DNA of 64,000 nt, taken from Marispirochaeta sp. Its GTDB lineage: Bacteria > Spirochaetota > Spirochaetia > JC444 > Marispirochaetaceae. The position numbers were made by a program, and so were the translations under genes. The notes under the pieces are model-generated. The model saw only the letters and a list, made by a program, of their open reading frames with translations. It searched no databases and had not been told where the DNA came from. The stretch spans positions 224,001 to 288,000 of the forward strand of contig CAXXFF010000004.1 of NCBI GenBank assembly GCA_963676835.2, in the 5' to 3' direction. This document shows positions 40,014-49,207 of this stretch, piece after piece. The stretch's first letter is position 1. Each line of letters begins with the position of its first letter.

Positions 40014-40216
40014 AACTTCCAGTCCCGGCGAAATAGAGATAAAAATCTTTCTATTTTGTCCGAAACGATATTACCCGACAGACAAGATAGATATTATTTT
40101 GTTTTATAGTAACAAGTTATGCAGGTTTTATTCAAAGATGAGAATACAATCAAATTGAATTTTAAAATCCTGCAGCGAAAGAACCATATAGAGATAAACG
40201 GTAAAAACACGATAGA

Positions 40217-40253
40217 TAGTGATTTTCACTCCATAATGGTGATTTTCTCACCA
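40217..40253. promoter_or_regulatory. Tandem enhancer (UAS) pair TAGTGATTTTCACTCCA / TGGTGATTTTCTCACCA
   Basis: Two 17-bp sites 20 bp apart, about 204 bp upstream of the sigma54 promoter; mirrors 36217..36253. Confidence 0.7.
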
Positions 40254-40254
40254 C

Positions 40255-41409
40255 CTAATTTTCGTCAGCAACCTGCTTTGCCCGTTCCAGCAGTCCGGAA
40301 CCTGCAAGGCTGGTACAATTACGACCGTTCTTTTTTGACCGGTACAGGGCGGAATCTGCAAGATGCACCAGTTCTTCCCGGGTCATCTCTTTTTCACCGG
40401 TGTAAGTTGAACATCCAAGACTGGCTGTGACCCGCAGGGTTTCACCGTTAAAGCTGCAGGCATGATCCTGAATCTGCTTTCGCAGCCGCTCGGCTATGGT
40501 AAAGGCTTCACAGCCCCGTGCAGCATGAAGCATAATCATAAACTCTTCACCACCGAAACGGGCAGCTACATCTCCTTCGCGTACCGAGTCGGCGATAATT
40601 TTTGCAATATTCTTGAGAATAACATCCCCGGCCAGATGGCCGTACCGGTCATTAAGATGTTTGAAATGATCAAGATCGACCATGATAATGCTGAACGCAC
40701 CACCGTAACGGCGGATCCTGCCGATCTGTTCATCAATCTCCGACTGAATAAAAGAGGTGTTGAACAGGCGGGTTTTGGAGTCTGTTACAGAAGAGTTGTA
40801 ATGGATACTGTTCTGAATAGCTATGGAAGCAAAGCCCATCAGGCGGTCGACATAGGCAAGTTCTGCCATGGTGTATTCATCGCCCATCAGTTTTGAAGAA
40901 AGCACCACCAGGCCATAGAGGGAGGAGTGCCCCTTTACAGGGATAACAAGCTCCGGTTCCATGGGCTCAAGATCCATCAGAGCCACTTCATTTGCAAGTC
41001 CATCCTTAAGGCTTTTAAAGCGGGTCAGCCCCTGAGTGCGGGAGAAAAAATCATCAAATGGATCAAGGTCTATAAGCCTGATATCCGGAGGCATTTCGTG
41101 CATATTCTGAAAGGAGAGCACCCGTACCTCCTCGCCTGCATCCAGAGAATACAAAAAGGTAAGCTGCCTTGGAATAAAGCGGTTTACCAGAAATCCTGCA
41201 CAGGCACGGGCTATTTCGGGAATCTCTGTCTGGGAACAGAGGACAGCCGCCTCCCCTAAAAGCTCATTCCGCTCAACCAGCTGCGATTTAAGACGGTCAA
41301 TCTCCTTCAGGACACCCAGGTTTTCCAGTAAGGTATAATTCTTAAGAATCTCCGGATTGCTGCTTGAAAAAGAGTCTTCCGGCTGTTCAATATTTATCAG
41401 GTCTGACAT
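40255..41409 (-). CDS. Diguanylate cyclase (GAF-like + GGDEF)
   Basis: DLDHFKHLNDRYGHLAGD, RxxD I-site (REGD), RFGGEEF. Confidence 0.92.
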   Translation of the reverse strand: MSDLINIEQPEDSFSSSNPEILKNYTLLENLGVLKEIDRLKSQLVERNELLGEAAVLCSQTEIPEIARACAGFLVNRFIPRQLTFLYSLDAGEEVRVLSFQNMHEMPPDIRLIDLDPFDDFFSRTQGLTRFKSLKDGLANEVALMDLEPMEPELVIPVKGHSSLYGLVVLSSKLMGDEYTMAELAYVDRLMGFASIAIQNSIHYNSSVTDSKTRLFNTSFIQSEIDEQIGRIRRYGGAFSIIMVDLDHFKHLNDRYGHLAGDVILKNIAKIIADSVREGDVAARFGGEEFMIMLHAARGCEAFTIAERLRKQIQDHACSFNGETLRVTASLGCSTYTGEKEMTREELVHLADSALYRSKKNGRNCTSLAGSGLLERAKQVADEN

Positions 41410-41520
41410 CTAAGCGTATAGTACAGGAGAAGATAGGCGAAAACAAGTCTGAAAAATATTCTTCTCCCCCCCCCCGGAGGGAAAAGGTGTATACTTGGAT
41501 GTACACGGAGGTTTAACAGG

Positions 41521-41928
41521 ATGGAGCTTTTTCAGGTTAATCTTTTTGCAATTCTCCTTGCGGTGGTCTACAACATTGTTGTGGGCAGTCTCTGGTACAG
41601 TCCCCTGCTTTTCGGTAACCGCTGGATGGAACTGCTGGATATTAAAAAGGACGAGACCCAGGGCGGGATGACACCTTCCATAATTCTCGGAGCCCTCGGA
41701 GTCGGCTTTGTAGAAGCCTTCGGATTCGCCCTGCTGCAGAATTTCATAGGAACCAGCGGCTTTTTCGGCGGCCTTTTTGTCGGATTGTTCGCCTGGATTG
41801 CCTTTGTCGTTCCCCCGGCTTTCAACCATGTCTTATACGAAAAGCAGCCCAGAACGCTTTTTATGATTAATGCCGGCAACAACCTGGCAACCTTTGCCGG
41901 AATGTCCCTGATAATCGGAATACTTTAA
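41521..41928 (+). CDS. DUF1761 family membrane protein
   Basis: GSLWYSPLLFGNRW motif, 4 TM segments, GGAGG RBS. Confidence 0.85.
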   Translation: MELFQVNLFAILLAVVYNIVVGSLWYSPLLFGNRWMELLDIKKDETQGGMTPSIILGALGVGFVEAFGFALLQNFIGTSGFFGGLFVGLFAWIAFVVPPAFNHVLYEKQPRTLFMINAGNNLATFAGMSLIIGIL

Positions 41929-41942
41929 CCACAATCTTATAC

Positions 41943-41976
41943 AAAAAAGCCGGACACCTCGAGAAAGGTATCCGGC
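41943..41976. terminator. Intrinsic terminator
   Basis: GCCGGACACCT/AGGTATCCGGC stem with an A-tract, between convergent genes. Confidence 0.7.
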
Positions 41977-41996
41977 CTATTCCTTAATAAACAGTA

Positions 41997-42758
41997 TCAA
42001 TACGCCGTCAGTCCGCCGTCTACGGGCAGATTAACTCCGTTAAGAAAAGCAGCTTCATCGGAAGCAAGAAACAGAAAAGCCTGTGCGACATCATCTGCAG
42101 TTGCAAGTTTCCCCAGAGGGATTTCGCCATAGCGCTGTTCCCGCAATACAGGATCAGTGAGAACCGCCTGCAGGCCGGGAGTATCAACCGTCGAAGGATG
42201 AACACTGTTACAGCGGATATTATCCTTTGCATATCTGGAGGCAATGGACTTTGTCAGCAGTGTAAGTGCGCCCTTACAGGTGGTATAAGCCTCGTTGGTA
42301 AACTTGTGCCCAACCAGACCACAAATAGACACCATGTTAAGAATGGATCCGCCGCCGCTGGCTCTCATCAAGGGAAGGGCGTGCTTGATTCCAAGAAACG
42401 GCCCCTTCACATTGACGGAGAGCATCATGTCCAGGTCCCCTTCGGGCATATCCTCAATGTCCTTGCGGATATTGATTCCGGCATTATTGATAAGCACATC
42501 CAGCCGGCCTTTCCGGGATTTAACTCCCTCCATAACGTCGATCCAGTTCTGCTCCTGAGCAATATTCAGATTCATGAACTCCGCACCGCCGGCATCCGCA
42601 GGGGTGGCTGAAAGTTCAGCAGCAAGCAGGTTTCCCGCTTCTTCATTCATGTCGCAGATGACTACGTAAGCACCTTCCGCCCTGAATGCCCGGGCAACAC
42701 CTGCTCCGATTCCCTGAGCAGCGCCGGTAATGATACAGACTTTGTCGCGAAGCTTCAT
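41997..42758 (-). CDS. Short-chain dehydrogenase/reductase
   Basis: TGAAQGIG, NNAG, YTTCK, VDGG. Confidence 0.93.
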   Translation of the reverse strand: MKLRDKVCIITGAAQGIGAGVARAFRAEGAYVVICDMNEEAGNLLAAELSATPADAGGAEFMNLNIAQEQNWIDVMEGVKSRKGRLDVLINNAGINIRKDIEDMPEGDLDMMLSVNVKGPFLGIKHALPLMRASGGGSILNMVSICGLVGHKFTNEAYTTCKGALTLLTKSIASRYAKDNIRCNSVHPSTVDTPGLQAVLTDPVLREQRYGEIPLGKLATADDVAQAFLFLASDEAAFLNGVNLPVDGGLTAY

Positions 42759-42770
42759 CAGTTTCTAACC

Positions 42771-43667
42771 TCAGCCTTTCTGTCCTGCACGGACCTTAAC
42801 GCCGGCAAGTTTTTCATAGTGCTGAATAATTCCACCGTGGTCATCAGTCTGTTTGCCGTCTACTTTAAGAGCCTGCATGATTTCCATTGCACCCGCTGTA
42901 AGGGGAACAGGAATCGCCAGTTCGTGGGCAGTATCAAGGGCATTCTGAAGGTCTTTAATATGCAGCTCAATCCGGAAACCGGGCTTGTAGTTTCCTTCAA
43001 GAACCATGGGGGATTTAGCATTAAGTACAGTACTTCCAGCCAGTCCGCCCTTGATGGCATCGAAAACCTTGGCAGGATCTACACCGGCTTTTGCAGCCAG
43101 AACGTATGCTTCAGACATGGCGGAAATATTGAGGGCAACGATCATCTGGTTTGCAAGCTTGGTTACGTTTCCTGCACCAAGGTCTCCACAGAGAACAGCA
43201 GAAGCACCCATAACAAGGAGCATATCCTTAACCTTGTTGAAGAGCTCTTCCTTTCCACCGACCATGATAGCCAGACTTCCGTCGATAGCCTTGGGCTCTC
43301 CGCCGGATACAGGAGCGTCAATCATGTCGATGCCCTTCTCGGCAAGAGCCTTTCCAACTTCCTGAGAAGCCAGGGGAGCAATGGAACTCATATCAACAAC
43401 CAGGGTTCCGGGTTTTGCGCCGTCAATTACGCCGTTCTCACCAAGACATACAGTCTTTACGTGGGGAGAGTTGGGGAGCATTGTAACAATGATCTCACAT
43501 TTGGAAGCTACATCTGCGGAAGAAGTTCCTGCCTCAGCTCCGGCAGCAACCACTTCATCCAGGTTGGGCTTAACAACATCGAATGCTACAAGTTCATAAC
43601 CTGCTTTAAGCAGGTTCTTTGCCATGGGCTTTCCCATGATTCCAAGACCGATAAATCCAATTTTCAT
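42771..43667 (-). CDS. garR: 2-hydroxy-3-oxopropionate (tartronate semialdehyde) reductase
   Basis: GLGIMGKPMAKNL, DAPVSGGEPKAIDG, GNVTKLANQ, PGFRIELHIKDL. Confidence 0.9.
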   Translation of the reverse strand: MKIGFIGLGIMGKPMAKNLLKAGYELVAFDVVKPNLDEVVAAGAEAGTSSADVASKCEIIVTMLPNSPHVKTVCLGENGVIDGAKPGTLVVDMSSIAPLASQEVGKALAEKGIDMIDAPVSGGEPKAIDGSLAIMVGGKEELFNKVKDMLLVMGASAVLCGDLGAGNVTKLANQMIVALNISAMSEAYVLAAKAGVDPAKVFDAIKGGLAGSTVLNAKSPMVLEGNYKPGFRIELHIKDLQNALDTAHELAIPVPLTAGAMEIMQALKVDGKQTDDHGGIIQHYEKLAGVKVRAGQKG

Positions 43668-43777
43668 CTAAATCTCTCCTTACCTTAAGCCAATGGACAC
43701 CAGGTCCATAATGTATTTAACCCCCGTTAACAACTGCACAGGGGAAATGTCACATATTGAATGATCCGGAAGAAACG

Positions 43778-44482
43778 TTAAAAAACGCCTTCCTTGCGTA
43801 CCTTGTCCAGGGTAATGCGCACATGCTCTTCCATAAGATCCTGAGCCTGCTGCCTGTCCCGGGCTTTGAGGGCATCAAGAATCTTGCGGTGATACTCAAT
43901 ACCGTCGCCGGTTCCAAGAAGCTGCACAATATTGTCCATGGATGCCATAAGGATATCCTGGATAATGCTGTTCACCTTGAAAAGAACATGATTCCGGGTT
44001 GCCTTTGCAATACAGAGGTGAAAATCCATATCCGCCCGGGCAAACTCCGTTGTATCAGTAATATTGTCGAGCATACGGCGGTAATGAGACTCCAGAAGCT
44101 GAATATCATCTTCCGTGGCTTTGTCTACAGCCAGGGCCATAATACCCCGCTCCATGGTCAGCCGGTACTCGAGAACATCGACAACATCGCTTTTTTCCAG
44201 CACCAGAGCCGGCAGCAGTCCGTTAAGATAACTCTCTGCAGTCAGGCCTCGAACATAGGTACCTTCTCCGTGCCGTGTTTCAAGCAGGCCCAGTGTAGCG
44301 AGCCGCTGAAGTGCCTCACGGATGGAAACCCGGCTGACACCGAACATTTCGGACAGCTCACCCTCAGAGGGCAACTTGTCCCCGGGCTTCCAGGCTCCCT
44401 GAATTATCTGAGCCTTGAGCTGATTAAAAACCTGAGCACTTACGCCTTCTTTGCGAACCCGCTTTACTGATACCTTACCCAT
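43778..44482 (-). CDS. FadR/GntR family transcriptional regulator
   Basis: PGDKLPSEGELSEMFGVSRVSIREAL, GEGTYV, FCD domain. Confidence 0.93.
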   Translation of the reverse strand: MGKVSVKRVRKEGVSAQVFNQLKAQIIQGAWKPGDKLPSEGELSEMFGVSRVSIREALQRLATLGLLETRHGEGTYVRGLTAESYLNGLLPALVLEKSDVVDVLEYRLTMERGIMALAVDKATEDDIQLLESHYRRMLDNITDTTEFARADMDFHLCIAKATRNHVLFKVNSIIQDILMASMDNIVQLLGTGDGIEYHRKILDALKARDRQQAQDLMEEHVRITLDKVRKEGVF

Positions 44483-44498
44483 TTACCTTTCCGTTAGA

Positions 44499-44532
44499 GT
44501 TGTATGATAACCTACGTATTTCCAGCTGTCAA
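44499..44532 (-). promoter_or_regulatory. sigma70 promoter (TTGACA-17-TATCAT) with overlapping FadR-type operator GTTGTATGATAAC
   Basis: -35 at 44527-44532 and -10 at 44504-44509 on the minus strand; operator 44499-44511 covers the -10. Confidence 0.65.
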
Positions 44533-44555
44533 TCAAGAAAATGGGCTTAAGTGAA

Positions 44556-45395
44556 TTATGAAGGCCAGACCTGACTGCCGCCATCTACCCGGAGAACTTC
44601 ACCGGTAATAAAACTGGATGCATCGGTGGCGAAGAACTCAACCGCAGAAGCAACCTCTTCGGGCCAACCGTAGCGCTCAAGGGTCCCGGAATGGACTTTC
44701 TGAGCTTCATCAGTCTCCCGTGACGCAAGAAAACGCTCGGTTACCGTATCCCCCGGAGCAACCACATTTACCGTGATATCGAAGGGACGCAGCTGTATGG
44801 CAAGGCAGCGGCTGTACTCATGAACCGCGGCTTTGGACGAAGCATAGATAGCCGCTCCGGGAAGCCCTTTCAGACCTGCAATACTTCCGATATTAATTAT
44901 TTTACCCGACTTCCGGGCCATCATTTCCGGTGCTACAGCCTTGCAGCAGAGAACACAGGTAAGAAAGTTCCTGTCCATAACTGTATGGATATCCGTCAGG
45001 GAAATGGAGAGCGCATCATTACCTTCGGGCTTACCGGCCATATCCGCCTGAACACCCTTTGAACCGATATCTCCTCCGGCACAATTAATGAGAATATCGA
45101 TGGGACCAAGCTTTTCATGAATCTCACCCACAAGTTCAACTACCTTTTTTTCGTCCGTCAGGTCTCCGGTCACGGCAATACAGTCTACCCCGTATTTCCC
45201 GGCGATTGCTTCCGCATTGGCTGCAAGGCTTTTGCCTTCCTTGAAGACTGCAGGTGAGTCCGGACGACTTCCATGGATGACAACTTTTGCTCCCTTTGAA
45301 GCAAAGTGCTCTGCAATCGCCTTTCCTATACCTCTGGAAGAACCGGTTATCCAGGCAACCTTATTTTCAAGTGTTTTAGCTTCACTACTGCTCAT
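44556..45395 (-). CDS. Short-chain dehydrogenase/reductase
   Basis: TGSSRGIG, NCAG, YASSK, VDGG. Confidence 0.92.
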   Translation of the reverse strand: MSSSEAKTLENKVAWITGSSRGIGKAIAEHFASKGAKVVIHGSRPDSPAVFKEGKSLAANAEAIAGKYGVDCIAVTGDLTDEKKVVELVGEIHEKLGPIDILINCAGGDIGSKGVQADMAGKPEGNDALSISLTDIHTVMDRNFLTCVLCCKAVAPEMMARKSGKIINIGSIAGLKGLPGAAIYASSKAAVHEYSRCLAIQLRPFDITVNVVAPGDTVTERFLASRETDEAQKVHSGTLERYGWPEEVASAVEFFATDASSFITGEVLRVDGGSQVWPS

Positions 45396-45570
45396 AATTA
45401 CTCCTTTTTCACTGCCGGCTGCTTGGAGCCGACCGGTAACATATAATACAGCATATCTGCCGTTTTGTAACGCCGTTCAAAGAGGATTTTACTGTTTTTA
45501 CGCTGTCCTGAAATTACTGTACGGGTATACAATGACCGTACAGCACAGCACACAAAGCAGGAGAGAAAGA

Positions 45571-46095
45571 GTGAAAAACAGTACCGGTTCCCAACTGGCG
45601 GAAAAAGCATACACCCTGGGCTTTGAGTATGAAAAAACCTACAAGGGATGTGCCCAGTGTACTATCGCAGCCCTTCAGGATGCCCTTGATATCCGTAATG
45701 CTGAAACAGATGCAATATTCAAGGCAGCCACAGGGCTTGCCGGCGGCGGTGCCCGCCAGACAGACGGTAACTGCGGAGGTTACGCAGGTGCCGCAATGAT
45801 CATAGGGTATTTAATCGGCCGCGAGCGGGATGATTTTGGAGACAGTAAAGATGTCCGCTTCAAGACCTTCGACCTGGTGAAAAAGCTGCATCAGAAATTT
45901 ATCGATGAGTTCGGGACGGTAACCTGCAGGGAAATCCATACCCGCATAATGGGTAGACCTTTTTATATAGAAGATCCCGATGAGTTTCAGAAGTTTGAGG
46001 ATGCCGGTGCCCATGACAGTAAATGCACAAATGTGGTCGGGCTGGCATCACAGTGGGCTGCGGAAATTATTGAAGAAGCAGGCCTGCAAGCATAA
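45571..46095 (+). CDS. C-GCAxxG-C-C family putative redox protein
   Basis: GCAQC, GLAGGG...GNCGGYAGA, FGTVTCREI, KC; GTG start at 45571 after AGGAG. Confidence 0.85.
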   Translation: MKNSTGSQLAEKAYTLGFEYEKTYKGCAQCTIAALQDALDIRNAETDAIFKAATGLAGGGARQTDGNCGGYAGAAMIIGYLIGRERDDFGDSKDVRFKTFDLVKKLHQKFIDEFGTVTCREIHTRIMGRPFYIEDPDEFQKFEDAGAHDSKCTNVVGLASQWAAEIIEEAGLQA

Positions 46096-46966
46096 AGGTG
46101 AGGGGCACGGTTACAATACTGAGCACCGTTGAAATAATAACAATGCTCAGGGAAACCGACGCGTCTATGCCGTAACGGGACGGCAGAACATAGCTGAATA
46201 CCGCAGCCGGCAGGGCTGCGGATACCAGGGTAACCGTTGCGAGGGTTCCTTCCAGATTAAACAGAGTCACCGCAGCAATACCGAGAAGGAATCCGCCCAT
46301 GACACGAATCAGAACACCCGAAACCACCTGGGAGTTAAGCATCGGCCGCCTGCTTGAAAGGGATACCCCAACAACAAATGCCGCCAGCGGAGGTGCTGCG
46401 GCTCCTGCAAAGCGGCAAACTTTGAGCAGAGTTTCCGGCACCTGGACTTTTATCAGATTAAAAAGAAATCCGAAGACTGCAGCCCACAAGATAGGTGATT
46501 TTATGGTGGAAAGAAGACCTTTTCGGCTGATTCCCCCGCCGAGAATGACAAAGCCCAGGGTAAAGAGCATTATGGTGGAAAACTGATCCCAGACAATCTC
46601 AATATTCATGGCTTCTGCGCCGCCCCACAGCTGCATAAGAGGGAATCCGATAAAGCCTGAGTTCATAAACAGCACAGAAAGTGCCATTCCCCGGATATCC
46701 TGTCCGCTGATTCTGCCGTAGATCCAGACACACAGAAACTGTGCCGCAGCAATAAAGACAACCGTCCCCATAAGGTCACCCATGTCGGAAACAGCCACGG
46801 TGGATTCATAGAGGCTCACAAAAACCAGCAGGGGCATAAAAAAATCGACAAGCACCCGGGACAATGTTTCTTCACTGATTTTTGTCATGGAGGAAATTAT
46901 CCATCCAGCCGCTATAACAATAAAAAGAGGCAGGGTGATTCCAAGGGTTGCGGTAAAAATGCTCAT
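46067..46966 (-). CDS. AEC (auxin efflux carrier) family transporter
   Basis: MNSGFIGFPL, SPILWA, LPAAV; about 10 TM segments. Confidence 0.87.
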   Translation of the reverse strand: MSIFTATLGITLPLFIVIAAGWIISSMTKISEETLSRVLVDFFMPLLVFVSLYESTVAVSDMGDLMGTVVFIAAAQFLCVWIYGRISGQDIRGMALSVLFMNSGFIGFPLMQLWGGAEAMNIEIVWDQFSTIMLFTLGFVILGGGISRKGLLSTIKSPILWAAVFGFLFNLIKVQVPETLLKVCRFAGAAAPPLAAFVVGVSLSSRRPMLNSQVVSGVLIRVMGGFLLGIAAVTLFNLEGTLATVTLVSAALPAAVFSYVLPSRYGIDASVSLSIVIISTVLSIVTVPLTFMLAGLLLQ

Positions 46967-46987
46967 TTCATTCCTCTTGATCTATAC

Positions 46988-48520
46988 CTAAACTGGAGTA
47001 AAAGGCTTCCGCCCCATCACCATATTGGCAGTCAGCTTTCCACTGAGAGCGGCGGAGATCACACCTCCGGGCCAGAGACTGTAGTGCCCGCAGGTCCTCA
47101 GATTCCGCAGCGGGGTATTAATCAGGTTGAGCCCGGGAAAACGGTAGACCGGGGAAACACCGTCCTGATAACACCATCCGCCTGATGATCCCAGGGAGTT
47201 TCCCGAAAAACGTTCTCCCGACAAAGGTGATCCCACGTCTGAAAAGATAACCGACGAGCTGAGTCCGGGCAGGATATGTTCCGCCTGGCTGATAAGCTCA
47301 TCAGCAACCTTCTCTTTGAGACTACGGTATTCAGCAGTCCGGGGCATACCGCCTCCCCGGTTCTTCCAGGTATCCGCCCATTTGTATGAGCTGTAGGTCT
47401 GAAGCACCATCCCGGCTTTGCCCTCAGGGGCCCCGCCGGGGTTTTCCAGACCGAAGTGGTTCAGTACAACCCACATCCTGCTGTGTATATCCATGGGGGA
47501 ATCGGCCCGGGGAAATAAAACATCATAGTTGGGAAAGAAGAATACATGCTGAGCCTGCATGGCTTCATGCAGACTCTCTGAACTCCGGTCCAGTCCGAGA
47601 TAGACATTAACCAGCTCTTCTGTAAGCCGCACCTCATTGATACGGCTGACAAAACGGCTTTTAAACAATTCGGGCCCCAGAATAGAGTTCACCATTTTAC
47701 GGTAGTCACCGGCATAGATAAACTGATCCGCCGAAAAGGTATCCCCTGCGGAAGTTATAGCGGCAACAGCTTTGTTGTTCCGGTATTCTATCCGCTCAAC
47801 AGAGCTGCTGCACTTGAGTTCACCGCCAAGACGGATAAAGTTTTCCGCAAGCAGATCATGCAGCCCCTGCATTCCCCCTTCAGGGTACCAGTAATCCTTC
47901 ATCCATAAATGCCAGAACCCGGCGAAAAATATGTAGGGCATATGGTAGTAGCCAATATTGGTAAACCAGTTTCTTAAAGCAGGATCGTGAATGAGCCTGC
48001 AGGCTTTCTCCCGGTAGGAATATTTCAGCCACCGGCGCAGTTTGGGCAGCCAGGGGATCATGGCAAGAAAGCCGGTGAAGGAGGGCTTTTCTATAAGAGG
48101 GAAACTCCAGGGGGAATAATGGGATTCCAGAAACCGGGAAACCTCGCGGACCTCCCGGAACAGTTCGGTAATTCCTTTCTCATGGGGAAAGGCCTGTACC
48201 AGGGATGATTCAACAGCGTCGAAGGAGTCGATAAAGAAATCGAAATCTGCTGAGACCATACGAAACCGGGCTTTATGCCAGGTAATCTTATCGAGCAGAT
48301 CAAGCTCTTTTAGAATAGGAAAGATGATCCCCAGACTCTCAAAAGATTGATCCCCTCCATCGAAATAGAAACCCTTCCGTTTAAGGCCGGACATATTGCC
48401 CCCGGTCTGGTGGTTCTGCTCCAGAATCAGGGTCTTCTTTCCATGCTTAGCCAGAATATTGCCGGCGATAATACCGCCGATACCGGCTCCGGTTATGATT
48501 ACGTCATAGCTGCTGCCCAT
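46988..48520 (-). CDS. Phytoene-desaturase-family FAD-dependent oxidoreductase
   Basis: GAGIGG, ILEQNHQTGG, RKGFYFDGG, YPEGGMQ, PGGVISAALSG. Confidence 0.85.
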   Translation of the reverse strand: MGSSYDVIITGAGIGGIIAGNILAKHGKKTLILEQNHQTGGNMSGLKRKGFYFDGGDQSFESLGIIFPILKELDLLDKITWHKARFRMVSADFDFFIDSFDAVESSLVQAFPHEKGITELFREVREVSRFLESHYSPWSFPLIEKPSFTGFLAMIPWLPKLRRWLKYSYREKACRLIHDPALRNWFTNIGYYHMPYIFFAGFWHLWMKDYWYPEGGMQGLHDLLAENFIRLGGELKCSSSVERIEYRNNKAVAAITSAGDTFSADQFIYAGDYRKMVNSILGPELFKSRFVSRINEVRLTEELVNVYLGLDRSSESLHEAMQAQHVFFFPNYDVLFPRADSPMDIHSRMWVVLNHFGLENPGGAPEGKAGMVLQTYSSYKWADTWKNRGGGMPRTAEYRSLKEKVADELISQAEHILPGLSSSVIFSDVGSPLSGERFSGNSLGSSGGWCYQDGVSPVYRFPGLNLINTPLRNLRTCGHYSLWPGGVISAALSGKLTANMVMGRKPFTPV

Positions 48521-48573
48521 AGTGTTTTTATACTATGAAAAAGAGAGAAAGGTCAGGGGGAAAATGTAGAAGT

Positions 48574-48832
48574 CTCACCTTGCCTGGATCGCTCAAGGGA
48601 ACCAGCACTGATGCCCCCCTCGCCTTTTTTAAAGACAGGGAGAGGGTGATAGAGTTTTTCCTGACAGGCCTAGCCCAGCGCGATCAGCATTGCAGCCCCC
48701 CCTCACCCCCGGCCCTCTCCCGGAGGGAGAGGGAGGAAGAGTTGCTCCTGACAGGCATAGCCCGGAGTGATCAACTTTGCAGGCCTCCCTCACCCCGGTC
48801 CTCTCCTTTTTTAAAGATAGGGAGAGGGAGGT
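48574..48832 (+). repeat. Degenerate ~87-bp tandem units, each ending in a C-rich REP-like hairpin
   Basis: CTGACAGGC.TAGCCC at 48661 and 48748; hairpins at 48614-48646, 48700-48733 and 48787-48828. Confidence 0.75.
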
Positions 48833-49194
48833 TGGGAAGCGAAGGCTTCAATTTTTGTTAAAAATAGTTCGGGATTACCAAGTACTTCATGGTTCTTAAA
48901 ACGTAACACAGTTAAGCCCATTGATTTCAAAGAATTATCCCGTAAAAGATCTCTTTCTTTTTGGTTTATATCCTGATGAACTTCTCCATCCAATTCGATT
49001 ATGAGTTTTAATTCATCACAATAGAAATCAACGATAAACGGACCAAGCTGGTGTTGCCTGCGGAATTTCAGGCCGCACAACCCCCTGTTTCGCAACAGAG
49101 ACCAAACAATCTTCTCAGCTTTTGTTTCCCCTTTTCGCAATTCTCTTGCAACAGATACGAGATAGCAACGTCTATTTTTTCCCCGAATTTTCAT
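48811..49194 (-). CDS. DUF559 (Vsr-like PD-(D/E)xK) endonuclease domain protein
   Basis: ARELRKGETKAE..VWSLLR..GLKFRRQH..FIVDFYC..LIIELDGEVH..D..RD..L..G..VLRF. Confidence 0.92.
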   Translation of the reverse strand: MKIRGKNRRCYLVSVARELRKGETKAEKIVWSLLRNRGLCGLKFRRQHQLGPFIVDFYCDELKLIIELDGEVHQDINQKERDLLRDNSLKSMGLTVLRFKNHEVLGNPELFLTKIEAFASQPPSPYL

Positions 49195-49207
49195 CCCAAC
49201 TCCTGCG

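Noticed and set aside
42819..43688. 289-aa plus-strand ORF
   Set aside because: Antisense shadow of garR; the same applies to other long shadows such as 2741..3415, 11796..12452, 37625..38371 and 60549..61268.
45217..45570. N-terminal extensions in the ORF track (also 19002-19169, 49680-49844, 55655-55720, 60011-60091)
   Set aside because: They overlap neighbouring genes, repeats or promoters; downstream starts fit the RBS/promoter position and family length.
46988..48520. Carotenoid biosynthesis (crtI)
   Set aside because: No crtB/crtE nearby; family-level similarity only.
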